Assembly (NCBI GenBank): GCA_050575255.1
Contig: JBNZDD010013599.1
Span: 825,321-889,320, forward strand
Length of the DNA: 64,000 bases
Source of the DNA: Harriotta raleighana
Lineage: Eukaryota
Direction of reading: 5' to 3'
A program made the translations under genes and the position numbers. Shown one piece after another: positions 35,299 through 49,100 of the stretch. A model generated the notes under the pieces. That model ran no database searches, was not told the origin of the DNA, and saw only the letters and a list, made by a program, of their open reading frames with translations. Within the stretch, counting starts at the first letter, position 1. Each line of letters starts with the position of its first letter.

Positions 35299-36908
35299 GC
35301 ATCCTTTCCTCACACATCATCATCAGTCTGTGAAGCAGATGCCTTAATGATGTTGCATCCATTGCATTTGCGCAGTCACTACACTACTACACATTAAAAT
35401 CCCGTGAAGTGCTTTTGAGATTTTCCCGGTCGACGGTATCTATTATTCATGCAGAACAAATGCCAGAAAGAGGATCTAATATGCTGTAATTGCGTCTTTC
35501 GCAGAGAGCAGACTGAAATGCTGAGCTAACGCAGAGGTGCTGACTCCCAAAAATTCACTCAAGACTTCTTTACAGGGACTTTGCAGCAGATCAAAACATT
35601 ACATCCACGAGAGCCAATCTGCAGTTTGAACGTCGAGTGGAATTTTGGAACGTGTTGTAAATATCCCTGTGGATGTAAACAAATTCGAGTTGCAGGTAAA
35701 CTGAAACACTGTTTGGTTCGGCTTTCCCTGTTCACAAACTGAGCAGTAATTCTGGAAGCTGACGTACAAGATAGAAATCCAGAGAATTCCGCATTTGAAG
35801 CCTTATTGAATTGCGCTGCCACCAATAATAATTGTTTTTCCTTAAAGAAGGTAAATGTGAGTGGGGATTCAGTGTAAGAAAACTTTTCTTGTCTCTGAAT
35901 TAACAAAGCCCCGAGAAATAAATTGTTTGCAAAACGTGGAAGTGAATTTGTGGCATCGTGATGTTGCAAATACCTTTCCCTCATCAACCATTTATTTAAC
36001 TTAAGAAGGAAAGACAATTTTTTTTATAGTTTCCTAACCGTGAGTGCTTATGGTAGAAAGTATCAGAATAGTAAATTGCTTACAAAATTTTAAGTAAATT
36101 TGTTGAATCATGTTGCAAATACTCTTCCCCTCATCAACCGTTTCTATACCCAAACAAAGGTAAACAGAGTGATTTTTAAAAAAAAGTTTCATAACCATGA
36201 GTACTTATGGTAGAAAGTAACAGAAATGGATGTGGTTAATGTTTCTTTGTTTTACTCATATTAACATTGTTTTGAAATGGTAGGTTGTAGCTTTGCATTG
36301 TGCTTTGTACATCTGGAAATGTACTTAAACTGTATAGAAATTTACAGCACAGAAGAAGACAAATGTTATAGCACAGTGAAATGGATTGAATGATGCAACA
36401 GATACTCAGGTCCTATCCGAATAACGTCAGTTAAATACCTGCTCCAATCACAAACCCTCTCCTATCTGATGCTCATTTTACTACAAGATTTTTAAAAAAC
36501 CTATCGCACACAGACAAATTTGTCCTGTTAAATCCTGTTCAATTTTCCTTGACATAGCACAATTGTCATTTTTTTCTTTTATATGTAACTTTCTTTTATA
36601 AGAAATTCTTGTAATCATTATATGTGCTCTCGGCTGAAATAATTTCAGCTTTGCTGCTTGTTAATTTGGCCAAGTACGATGTTTAAAATAAATTGCATAA
36701 CCATTTAGGGTGATGTGACTTTTCAGATTGCATGAAAGTATATTTGCATTCACACTTTTACTTTATTTCAATCTCATTTTGAAGCTAAAATGATAAATCC
36801 CCTGTTAGATTTGCAATGCTGACAAGCCTATTAAACAAAGCCTAGTTGCTTAGTATTAATGATTGTTTGTCTTTGTCTTTCCCCACATACAGAGCCTTGT
36901 TGTCTGCC

Positions 36909-37127
36909 ATGGCATCAGACATGTGTTTTACAACTTTTAAGGAATTCAGTCCTTTATATTATCTGCTTAATGCTATTCCTACAAAGATACAGAAAGGATT
37001 CCGGTCTGTTCTTGTACATCTCACAGCACTTGATGCCAATAAAGACTACATCGCTGTGGGTACTAGTATTGGAATGCTCTATCTCTACTGCAGGAGGCTG
37101 AAAAAGATGAAAAAATATAATTTGGAG
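36909..37127 (+). CDS. TECPR2: TECPR2 coding exon 1
   Basis: GCCATGG Kozak; MASDMCFTTFKEFSPLYYLLNAIP...KYNLE. Confidence 0.95.
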
Positions 37128-40100
37128 GTAATTTTGAGGAGAAGCCTGTTCTTGTAGTTATGTTAAAAGTGCTCAGTCTGCTCCACAATGTGGCTGCCTA
37201 ATACATCATCTACAGAGGATAGCTGTTATTCAGGAATCAGTAAACTGACAGTGAACTGCTCAGCTTTTAATCTAAAATCCATTGATCTTTTTATACACGC
37301 TGACACTAGGCAGTAATCATATATATTTTATGAAATGTCGGGCAGAAATCTTTTGAACAACAAATTGATTTAATATCACAGTGCAACTGCAAAACAAAAC
37401 ATTGATAATAACCAAATTTTTAAATCCCAGTTATTCACCAAACATTGCAAGTCAGAGTATGTCACAGAATTAAGAATAGTATATATCATGCTTGCTCACT
37501 GTTTTGGTATATTTCGTATCATTCAAAAGAGCTGTTTAAATTTAAATACTGACCATATCAGTATTGTTGATATCTTTGTGGCTGGGTAAAGAAATGGGAA
37601 AAGCCGTGAATGCTGAGGATCTGAATGTGACTTTCACTTCACCTGTGTTGTGAAACTGTTTCTGTTTTATATGTTGCTCCTTTTTTTTTTCCATTTAGGG
37701 TAAAACAGAAACCATTACAGTGGTTAAATTGTTGGCCTGCTTTGATGATCTTGTTGCCATCGGGACAGCGTCAGGAAGGGTGACACTTTTCCAGCTGGTT
37801 TCTCCGTTACCTGGGAGAAACAAACAGGTAAATATCCCAGTTATAAACACAAAGGAATTGGCGTGTTTACTTCAGGGAGCAACCTGATGCCATTGAATAG
37901 CTGTTTGACATGAAGATCTTTATACTGTAATAATAAATATTATATTATCAGATTGTCTACAAATCCCTCCATGCCCTGTCACCTCGCCAGCTCTCCCACC
38001 TGCTTCCTGCCCACTCCCCTAGCCACTGCCTCGGCTTGTCCCTCATCCTCTCTGCCCCACCATCGGAGGCCGAGTTTTCAGCCACTGTTGCCTTGTTTTG
38101 CTTCTTTTCTCTTAGTTTTGTTTTATTTTGTGTGAAATTCTTGCTCCACAGTTGCGACGCTTCGATATTGTGGGAGTTCATAAAAATACCATCACGACAC
38201 TAACCTGGAGTATCAACGGAATGAAACTTTTCTCTGGAGATGACCAAGGCAAAGTGGTCTATGCTAATGTGGACTTAGACCAGGTAATGTACTGCAAGAG
38301 TGTTCAGAAGCCATGTATCTATAACATTGTATATTGTGTATAATTATGTTCAATCGACTGCTTGAAAAATCATAGCCTCTAGAAATAAGTCTATACCACT
38401 TAAATCTTGATTTTTATCTTGTGTGTCCTGTTCATTTAATGGGGAGAAAGCATATTTATAGAAACAATGATACTAATATATATATAGAACAATTTTAATA
38501 TAGAACTGAATACTGCACAATTTTTTTTCTGGAATTTTATGTTAAAACATTTTTGTGGTACATTTACATTGATTCTGTGGTTTGAAAATTGATGTTATTT
38601 TGTAAAGGAAAAGAACACGTAAGAGTGAATTGTTTAAGTGAGAACTCATGAAGGATTATCTAAACCACTGGACAATGTTTTAACAATCATTTTGCAATCC
38701 TTTGTCTCAAAGAAAATTTTACTTCACTTCAAGGGAAAAAGGCTTATTAATTGAATGAGATCTATTTGATGTCTTGCACATCCTTTTTAACTCTCTGCAC
38801 TTTTTCTTCCAGGGTACATGCAATTCCACTGTGATATTAGAAGAATCCACTCCCATTGTACAGTTGGATTACAATCAAAAGATTCTGCTGGTTTCAACTT
38901 ACCATCGTTCTCTCCTTATTTTCACTGAGCAAAATATTATCAACCAGGTTGGAACACAGCCAAGGAAATGGTAAACTCACCAACCCAAATTGTATTGTCG
39001 TCAAACGTGGCTCAGAATGCCTACACACATTGAATATAAAAATTTATGAAGGGTGAGAATCGTCAAGACCCAGAATATCTGTGCGTTTATGACAATGTCT
39101 GGAACATAAAGGCCAAAATTGCTTACTGAAAATGGATGGCTGCATCGTCATCTGATGGTTCCATGTATATATTGCTGTGTTGTTGTTCTGCGTGACTTCA
39201 AAATATCTCTGGTCTGTGTCAAGGGATAGTTAGAAAGCAACAAAATATTGCCTTCTCCTTGCTAATGGGATAACATTTAATTCTTTTTAAATATTGTTTC
39301 GCAATGATTATTTACGGATATTTTTGATCTTCCTGTCTCTAGTGCTGGTAGATTTGGAGCTTGTTTCCTGCCAGGCCTCTGTAAACAGAGCGCCCTGACT
39401 TTGTATTCTTCGAGACCTGGGCTTCGCCTGTGGAAATCCGATATACAAGGAACTGTCCAGTCAACCCTCATATTGAAAGATGTATTTGCTAATGGAGTGA
39501 AACCATTCGAACTGTTTCCTCGAGTATGTTCACCCGCTGGGTGCGACGTTGTTATAAAACCAACCAACAGAAATCTCGGGCTATTGAAGTCCTTCTTACA
39601 CGATGGGTGGTTGCTGAGCTGGAATGAGGAGAGCATTTACGTCGTGGATTCGGTTAACCAGGTACGCAAAGGAAGTTTAACCAGCAGTGTTTCCATCGCA
39701 CTTGTATCAAACTTATTTTTTTTCCTCCTGAGGATTGGTGACAGTACGCTTAATAAGAGTCTTAACGCTTATTAATTTGTGACATTCGCAGGCTTTGATC
39801 GGTGGTTTGGAGGGATCCAGTGCCATCGTGTCTGTTTCCTGCACGGAAAATGAGATTTTTGTACTGACTGGGGACCGTGATATAATTCGAATTTCCAACA
39901 GGCCTGAAGGTTGGAGGTCGGCAGGCATGCCTGGTAGAGCAACTTCCTGTTTTTTTGTCTATTGGCCTAGTTTCAATGCACCTCTCTGGTATGGGGGTTG
40001 AGTCATTCAGAGCAGGAAGATCCCAGGTTTGATCAATGTTCTGTCTGAGGTTAGATGATCTTATCGTGAGGTAACACTGGGGAACTAGAACTGGCTCCAG

Positions 40101-43100
40101 GCTAGGGAAAGGGAAGCCAGCCAGGGTTCCCCCCTCCTGATTATTCCCCCTGGCTGACTTCCCTTTCTGATGGAAAAAGTACTAGTGTGAATATTTACAA
40201 ATTGTCACTGGAAATTTGGTCAAGGGTTTTTCCTTGGTGAGGTGGGGTGGATAGAGCCTGAATACTGAGTGTGAAAACCTTTGCAAGCCAAAAGTTGATT
40301 TGAGGTGAACTGCTGAGGAGAATTTTCTGGTGTTTTCTGGCTAAAAGGTCAATCTGAGACCTTTCTTTGATTCAGGGTCACATTCCTAGTGCCTTTACCA
40401 ACTGAGCTGTCGAGGTAAGCCACAAGTCAAAAGCTTTTATAATTTAGGTTTTGATAACATCTATATAAACTATGCTATAAACTAGAAAGTTTTATGCTGC
40501 TTCTAAATCGTATTACAGAATATTACAATCTTTGGTACTATTTCTTTGAGTGCCTTGGGACATCCTCCCAACATGAAAGGCGCTCTACAAATATTATTGT
40601 TTTGGTACTGTATAAGAGGAGTGAGATGGCTGTACTTTTTTTTATAATTAAATTGTATAGTGGTACCCGTAAGCTCATAACACTAAGTCTTTTATCTGTT
40701 TTTTAGGGGTAAATTCACAATTAAGTCCCCTATATACTTCGCTGAAGACCACATTAGCCTCTGCTGAATCGCTTCATGCAATTCAACAAATAAAAATTTC
40801 TGTCCCAGAAATGCAACATGAAATCAGCGCTTCAAGATTTGATGCTTCCAAACTGCAACGTTCATTATCGGCACCTTCTCCGGAGCCTGATCAGTTCCAA
40901 ATCATGAGTAACAGATGTGACATTGAAATCGAAATGGGGGATGAGGCAGGAGAAAGAAGCTGTTCATTGACAAGTGAGCCAAGAAGCAGAAGCAGCTCTG
41001 TAAACAGTAACGTTAGTGCTTTCAGTCACATAACTACTCCAGAACAGCAAGTGGAAGGATTTCCCTCCGCAACATCCACAAAGAGTCCAGGCTCTTCAGA
41101 AAGGTTTGGCTCGATCAGTATGGAAGAATTCGATCAGCAGCTCATTGTCATTTCTTTAAAAAAGAAGAAAAAACGAAAGCAAGGTATTTCTCCATTGCAG
41201 CCTTTTTAAAAAAATAAAAAATTCATTAAGATTAGAATATATGTATTATTTATCTTCACAATACATCGCTGGGGCATAGGAAAAATCTGATTCTCCATGG
41301 ATTATTGATTTTTCTGTAGCAGTTATTGGTAGTCATTCAAATAGAGAAATATCTTTTGAACCATCAAAAGGTTGTGTTAAATATTTGAGGTTGAAACTAT
41401 TATCTACTCTATTTTGAGAGAGTCTTTCCGCAATACTCTCCTTGATCAATAAACACGATTAACGGTCTTTAATGTCAGTGATTGTAATCTATATTCCGAC
41501 ACCGTTTCCATACCCTTTCATATTATCTTGGAAAGTTTATTTCTAAAAGTGTAATTGAGTATTCTAGGTGGCTCTGTAATGGGCCCTTTTCAGTACATAA
41601 TTTTTCTGATTACTTTTTAATGGACTAATATTTATTGATAGCATAGCACAAGTATATAAGAATGGTGCAGTAAGTTGGGTAATAAATTTTCTAATGATCT
41701 GGCAATAGTTTAATAGCTGTTTCCAAGTGCCAGTTTTCATTTAAATGATTTTGTCTCTTCTGTGTTTTACAGCAAATTCCACATCAGAATCCAGTGTCGT
41801 AAAACCCGAAATGAATTGGTGCAGTGAATCCCAAAGTTCAGAGGCAACGCATTTAAGTGACTTTGTTATTGATGGCTCCCTTACTACCACCTGTGATTTC
41901 TCTGACCAGATAAGTTTAAGCAGTAGCCTGGACCATTTGACCACAGATTCTCCTGACCAGGAGAGCCAGGTTAGTGCAGACCTGAATAGTGTTTTGCAGG
42001 AAGAAAACAATTTAAACATTTCTGGCATCATGGAGGCCCCAGAACCCTTTCCGACATTACTGGAAGAGCCTCAGTTCTTGGAAGACTTTCTGTTAAAATC
42101 TTCAATGCACACCAGTTTAGCAAATGAAGGATCTTCTTGCTCAAATCAGAATATTACAAACTTTTCGTGTTTTGAATCATCCAATCAGTCAGACATTTTA
42201 GGCAGTTGCTGTGACAAAATGGAAGAAGGCAGCAACGAGGATCCGTTGTTAAATAGTCTCCCTGATGGAGAAGTGGCAGAGGCACTTGAGAATAGTTACG
42301 GATCACTGACTTGCTTACAGGACAGCTTAGATAATAATATGTTCAACACAACTACTTACTGTCATTCTCCCAGTGTAAAGCCTGGCGATCCAAGACATCT
42401 CATGTTATCTGTTCGTGATTGTGACAATCTGCAGGAAACTTTGAGCGAGAGCTCGGAGTGTTATTTGGACGAGCGACACACTCTGTTAATGAGAATTCTC
42501 TCACCAGATAAAAATCCAAGTAACCAAAGCAACGCATTTTTACAACTCCATATTGACGATAATGAACATCATTCATTAGTTGAGACTAAAACTGAAGAAG
42601 ACACAGAGACGTTTGACTCTAATGATGACGATGAAATGCAGAAAAAACACACCCAAGCACAGTTGTCTTCATCAAGTGATGATGAAGATATTTATGGCCA
42701 TGGACAACCGCATTCATCATGTGAAACCAGTGTGACAGAACTCCACCACAGTTACTGTGCTGGAGAAAGCCTTGGTATAGTTTGTCAAGATATGACAAAG
42801 CCTGGCAAAGAAGAATTAGAGCATTTAAAATCAGATCAGGTAAACTACAAAACCGTCACTTTTGAAATCAGCAACTATTGGTGAGATTTAATTCTCTACA
42901 GTGTCATTGTGATCACTTTTTCATGATCTTTATATCTGGCTATTCATTAACATTTTCTGAAACAGCGTTAATATATAATTGGCAGCGAGCTATTAGACTA
43001 ATTAAATAGAGCGGTTCTGATGATATTAAACATGAGAGCGACGCTAAGCTATTTCAATAAACACCTCGATCGATTCTTGATTTCAATTTCTCATTCTGGT

Positions 43101-46100
43101 ACTCTATACTTTTCTCTATAAAACAGCAGATAACTTTTCATTAGCTTGCAGATATGCAGCTTGGCTTAGTTCATAGCATTCTTGCCTCTCAAGTCTGAAG
43201 GATGTGGGTTCAAACCCCCACTGTGGGACAATGAACCTGTGCAATCTTCTGGATTGGCATATGAGTGCAGCGCTGGGGGTAGGTTGCATTGCTGGAGTTC
43301 CCGTTCTTTCGATGAGATCACATTCAAAACGTTTTAAGAGTTTTTCTGTAAAGTGCACTGACTGCATTCGTAGGCAAATGGTATTGTGAGATACACTAAG
43401 CAGATATGAATTAGCTTTAGTAGGTCGAAAGAATGGCATCTCCATTCCTTGACTGAGCTCAAAGTCTTTGGATCCTTGTTCAATTTCTTTTTAATTATTG
43501 TTATGGTCTTAGCTCACATTAGTCAGCTAAAAACATTTCTCTAATGCAGTGAATTGTTGTCCAATAACATACAGACCTCTTGCTATATTTTGAGCAATGG
43601 AAACTTGGCCGATAGAGAATTCTCTTAAACTCCAAGCAAGGACTAGGGGGGTTGCAAACTTCATTCACGCGCTTCTCTGTTGGCTTTGTTTTGGTAGTTT
43701 TCTGAGAGCTGGATGGGCTATTCTGGCCCTGGGTATGGTATCCTCAGCCTGGTCGTCTCTGAAAAGCACATCTGGTGTTTAGACTACAAGGGCGTCCTGT
43801 ACTGCAGCGCTGTTCATGGTGGCAGCCTGCGCTGGCAGAGGTTTGAAGATTGTGTCCAGCAGGTGGCAGTGTCACCCTCAGGTCAGTGAGCGAACCTCAA
43901 TGTCAATTTGATGTGTGGCATAAATTCTTCTCTGTAGCTTAATCCATCCCTATTAGCTCTCCTTGTTTGTGGCTGAGATGTGGGGGGATGGGGAGGGGGG
44001 GGGTTATAGGTTTTATTAATTAAGAGCATTTTACTGTACGTTTAATACGTGTTCAATACGTGCAATTGTTTAGCTGGTCGAATAACCGATCGAATGNCTG
44101 CTCCGCGACCACCGCCCTAACCCCCCAACCATCGGTGGCCGGGCTTTCAGCCTCTCTGCCCCCACACTCTGGAACTCCATCCCACAGTCCCTCCGCCTTG
44201 CTTCCTCCCTTTCCTCCTTCAAGGCCGGTCTCAAGACCTTCCTCTTCGACCGCGCCTTCGGCTCCCCCCCTAACTAACTCTTCCCTCTCTCCTTCCCCTT
44301 ACCCCCCAACTCTTCCCTGCCCCCACCCCCACCCCCCCGCACACTCAGGTCCCGACCTGACTGTTCAGCACTTTGAGACGTCCTCCCGACGTGAAAGGTC
44401 TCAAGACCTTCCTCTTCGACCGCGCCTTCGGCTCCCCCCCTAACTAACTCTTCCCTCTCTCCTTCCCCTTACCCCCCAACTCTTCCCTGCCCCCACCCCC
44501 ACCCCCCCGCACACTCAGGTCCCGACCTGACTGTTCAGCACTTTGAGACGTCCTCCCGACGTGAAAAGCGCAAAACAAGTGTAATTTTGTGGTGGTGGTT
44601 GTTGTTGTTGTTGTTGTTTGATCAACCATCTTGTGAAACTTAACATAGATTTGTGCAGATCTTGTAAGTGTCCTCGAGTGAGTGAAAATAACATTTTGAA
44701 CATTTTGCCCTTGTTCCTTATTTGAAAACTGGAAACCACTCAAAAGTGAGACTTTTTTTTAAAAAAAAGCTCTCCCAATTATGATTTGTAATGGAACTAG
44801 CCCCTGGAAGAATTTTTTTTTTTGCTTTTCAATCCACAGGCATATTGTTATGGAAGATTGATCAAAAATCAAGCAAAGCATTTGCTTGTGGCAAAGTGAC
44901 AATGAAGGGAAAGAGACATTGGTATGAAGCTTTACCCCAGGCTGTGTACGTTGCCTTGAGTGATGATACAGCTTGGATCATCCAAACTAATGGAGAATTA
45001 TATCTGCAAACAGGTATTTGACAGACCTCTTTATTGTAATGTACTATACTTTGCTGAAGTAATTGGTGCTTATTTGGGTATTTTATTTCAACAGGTAAAT
45101 GTAATATAAAGGGGTTTCTTTCACCTGAAATTCTGTTGTGCTCATTTGTGAATGGAGTAAACCATTCCAGTCATTAAATAAATCAAATAAAGAATTATTA
45201 AAAATGAGTAAACAGTTGGATAACCTGGGAATTCAACATGCGTTTCTGAAGAAAACCAGGAAAAGAGAAAAGCGTCTTAGAAAACTTTCACTTTTGTGTT
45301 ACTTGCACGCATTTTAAGAGTGCCATTTTATTGGGGGAAATTAGTTAAATTTATGGTTTGTTTTTACAGTGCTAAGATAAGGTGATTGCTGAAAATTGGA
45401 GTATGAGATACGCTGATAAAAATGGCAGATTACAGATTGACTGTAAAATATAGTTCAATTATTTCCAGATGGGTTTTGTTAGCTTCAGCATTGGATTTGG
45501 ATTGCATTTTTCCCCCTGACTCCCCCATCCACCCACCACGTCCCCACAAAAAAATTTAGCAATTTAGTTTTTGCAACATTCTTTACTTTTGTATATGCTG
45601 ACAGACACTGTCAGAGACTGTATAAAATACAGAAAATACATGTATAAAATACATGAATTAATATTTTGGGGAGTTTTTTGTTTCATTACCTTTTGGGCTC
45701 CACAGAACAGTTATTCAAAACTCCAGGAGCTGAGGTTTATTGACTTTTTCTGATTATATACTTCATCTTTAGAACTCCCTCAGTCAGCCCCTCCAACTCT
45801 TCACGCTGACTATCTTTTCCCCCGAAAACCTACTTTTCTGCCGTCTTTAGAGTCAACCCCCCTTCGCCCTCACTTGCTGTCTGTCTGGCAGTATTTAAAG
45901 ATGTTACTCTACATGAAGGGGAATACATAACTGCTGTTAGCTAGGTTCGGACTCCTCATAGTACCCTTATAAACAGCCAATGGAAACAGGTTTCCTCCTT
46001 ATCTGTCCAATTTGGGTTGCAACCTGGTTACGACAGGTAAAGATCTATTTCACTGATTTACCAGGTCCCCTATTTGGTTTATTTTTGTGTACATTTAATT

Positions 46101-49100
46101 ACCCTCCATTCAAATTATAGGTGGTGGAATTATGAAAGTGTTGATCTACTGCTAAATCAATACATTTTAAGAGAACAAGAATTAACAGAGCAATAATGTG
46201 TTATTGCTAGCAGCAATTGTTTTAGCTTGTCAAGCTGAAGTATCTATGTGCCATTTAAGTATATATTTATAAAGGTCAAAAGGGGATGTGTGTTTAATTA
46301 CTCTAGGTTTATTTTTATAATTATGAAAGCAGATATCTGTGCAGTTGTGTGTGTCCCTATTCAGTCAATTCTCAATAATAATTAATAATAATAATCCTTG
46401 CATTTGATATAGCACATGTCACATCTTCCAGATGTCTCAAAGCGCTTCACAGAATGTACTGTAACTTGACTGTATATAGGTGGGTGACTTGTGGCAGGCA
46501 ATTGTACACAGCAGTATCCCACAAACAGTCGAGGATTCAAAAATGACCAATTTTTATTATTGTGTGTTCTTTTGAGGGACTATACTTGGGCGTGTGGAAT
46601 AAGAAAACTTGCCCAAGGTTTCCCCTGCTTGGAATTGAACCCAGGTCTCTCGCTTGCAAGGCGAGTGCTCTAACCAGTGAGCTACAGGACTTTATTTTGT
46701 ATATCCAAGGCTTAGGACAAGCTGGGAATGGACATTTTAAACTGCACCCCAGCTGTGATATCAGACATTAGGCTTTAAGCAGCATTGTCACTGGAATGAA
46801 ACTTTATGGTTTCCATAATGGATTGCCTTCACAGTTCTGAAATCTGAAACAGAGTAAAAGTGGCGACTGAGCGCCATAGGAACATGTACAGAGGCTTCCT
46901 TTAAAACATGTCCGATTACAGGACAATCCCCGTAGACTGTGTTTCTCCTTTAATTAAAAACAGAGTGTTTCTCTCGCTTCTCCACTGGGACATCTTTCAA
47001 TGGGGGCAGGATAAAGGAATTGCAATTTGACGGTCTCACCCACCTTCTTCTGGCCCCATTTCCTTGGCAACATGTAGTACAGACTGAATTGTGATAGGTT
47101 TGCAGTAATGTCCTTCACTAGCCTGGTCTGAAGAGAGACAGACAAGGCTGCACGTGCTGAGCATATGTGCCACATGACTTTGAAGAAGAAGAGAAGTTGC
47201 CCCTTTTAAAAAATCAAACAGCTGGAACTTTGTTTTGCAGTTGAAATTTAAATTAGGATTTTGTGGAGGAAATTGTTGATGTTTAGTTTGGATTTCAATA
47301 TTTTCTTTCCCTGCATTTTACCAGAGATTTGCCCTTGTTCGCTCTCCACCCACTACTCTCTTCAACAAGGAAAGTTTGTCTTGCCTACAAATCCTCCTGT
47401 GTTTGCTTTGATCAGATAACTATTTGTGGAAGACACGACTGTTCTTGCAAACTTATTTTTCACTCTTCTCTATTATAGCTCTGAATCAATGAAATCTGGG
47501 CGGTGTTCAAGGAGAACAAGTTACAAACTGAGGTTCATTTTTCCATAGAATGGTTTCTTTTCTAATCGGGAAAACATATAAACCTTATTACTCCATATTA
47601 TCCATTTGAACCTGTATTATTTTAATGGAATTTGACCCTTATACAGCGTCCCAACCTGTTCTTGTCAGTTTTATACATATTCTGAGATGACTTGTAACAC
47701 TGATAATAATACTGTTCCAATATTACTACTGTTAACAGTTGAATATTACTGAATTATAAAATTACCCACCAAAATATATTTTGACTTAGAAAATAAATTT
47801 TAAATGCTTGTTTCTCCTTGTCCATTTGAATTGGAATTAAAGTCTGTCTGATATTTAAGATTCACGGGTTAACTGGGCACTTCTGCCCTAATTCGCAATT
47901 TCTACTTTTGTCAGACCAAAAGTAATCATTTCTATCAAGTAATTTTCGAAGGCAAGTTTAAGTTGTTTTCACTTCACGCCACTTATAATGTTGTTTGGAA
48001 TCACCACACCATCCCCTTGCTGCAGTGTAGATATAGTGAAAAATAGATAACCGACACTGATTTACCAGTAATTCAATCATAAACCATTTTTAGGCTCAAG
48101 GTTTATTAACATCACCAGAACATCAAGGTCAAATTAGTGCATAGATCCTCACTGTCACTGCTTTTACATATTGATAATTATATATTGAGCGTTATTTGCC
48201 TGTTTATTTATATGAACAATATTACATTTAACAACAACATTAACTACATTAACTGCCCTCGGAAACAGTTGTAACAAGTAAATTGAGGTTTGTACAGATC
48301 CTTTTTTGTTTTAACACATTCATTTTGGTCAAGTAGTAGAGTATTTTGAATGCAAATATCAGGATAAAGATGGATTTTTTTAAAGAGGTGAAAATGACTC
48401 CAGCCATCTTTCCTAGTGCAGTGGCTTTGTAGATGCAGACTTAAGAAAGGGAAGGTGCCAGGATTCACTCCTTGTGTATTCTGTTTGCTGATCTTGGCTG
48501 GAAAGTGCAAGATTAGGATCTCTGTGTTCGGGTGTGAAAATCACAATCCAATGGTTTCCGTTCGAAAACCCGTGACCCCCCCCTCCACTCCCCCTCCCCC
48601 AACATGGCTGCAATAGCCTGCTGAAACTTACTGTTGAATTGCAGAACGAAGGCTGCTTATGTGAGGTGCAAGAGGGGTCAAGACACTGGAATTTTAACAG
48701 TCGGGCAATGTGTTGGATGTGAATTGTATCAGAATGTGGATGCGCTTCTTTTGGAAGGGAACAGTCAGGTCTTTTCCCGTTCAGTACCTTGGGACATCCT
48801 CCTGATGTGAACGCTGCTCTAGAAACGTAATTTTGTTGTTGTTGTTGTTGTCTGCTATAAAGAATTTAATTATTTCATTGTCTTTAGGCCTGAGCGCAGA
48901 TCGTCCCTGTGCCCGAGCAGTGAAGGTGGATTGCTCATACCCACTCGTGCAAATTACTTCAAGGAATAATGTGGTGTGGGCACTGACTGAGCAGAGAGCT
49001 GTTCTCTTCAGGCATGGCATCAGCAGCCTTTGTCCAGAGGGAGAGCAATGGCTGTGTGATATTGTAAGGTGGGAGCATTTCACTGTCAGTGTCAAATACT

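Noticed and set aside
46620-46691. Possible tRNA-Ala(TGC) gene
   Set aside because: Acceptor stem mispaired at the top, T-stem mismatch, and continuous with a SINE body; treated as a SINE head.
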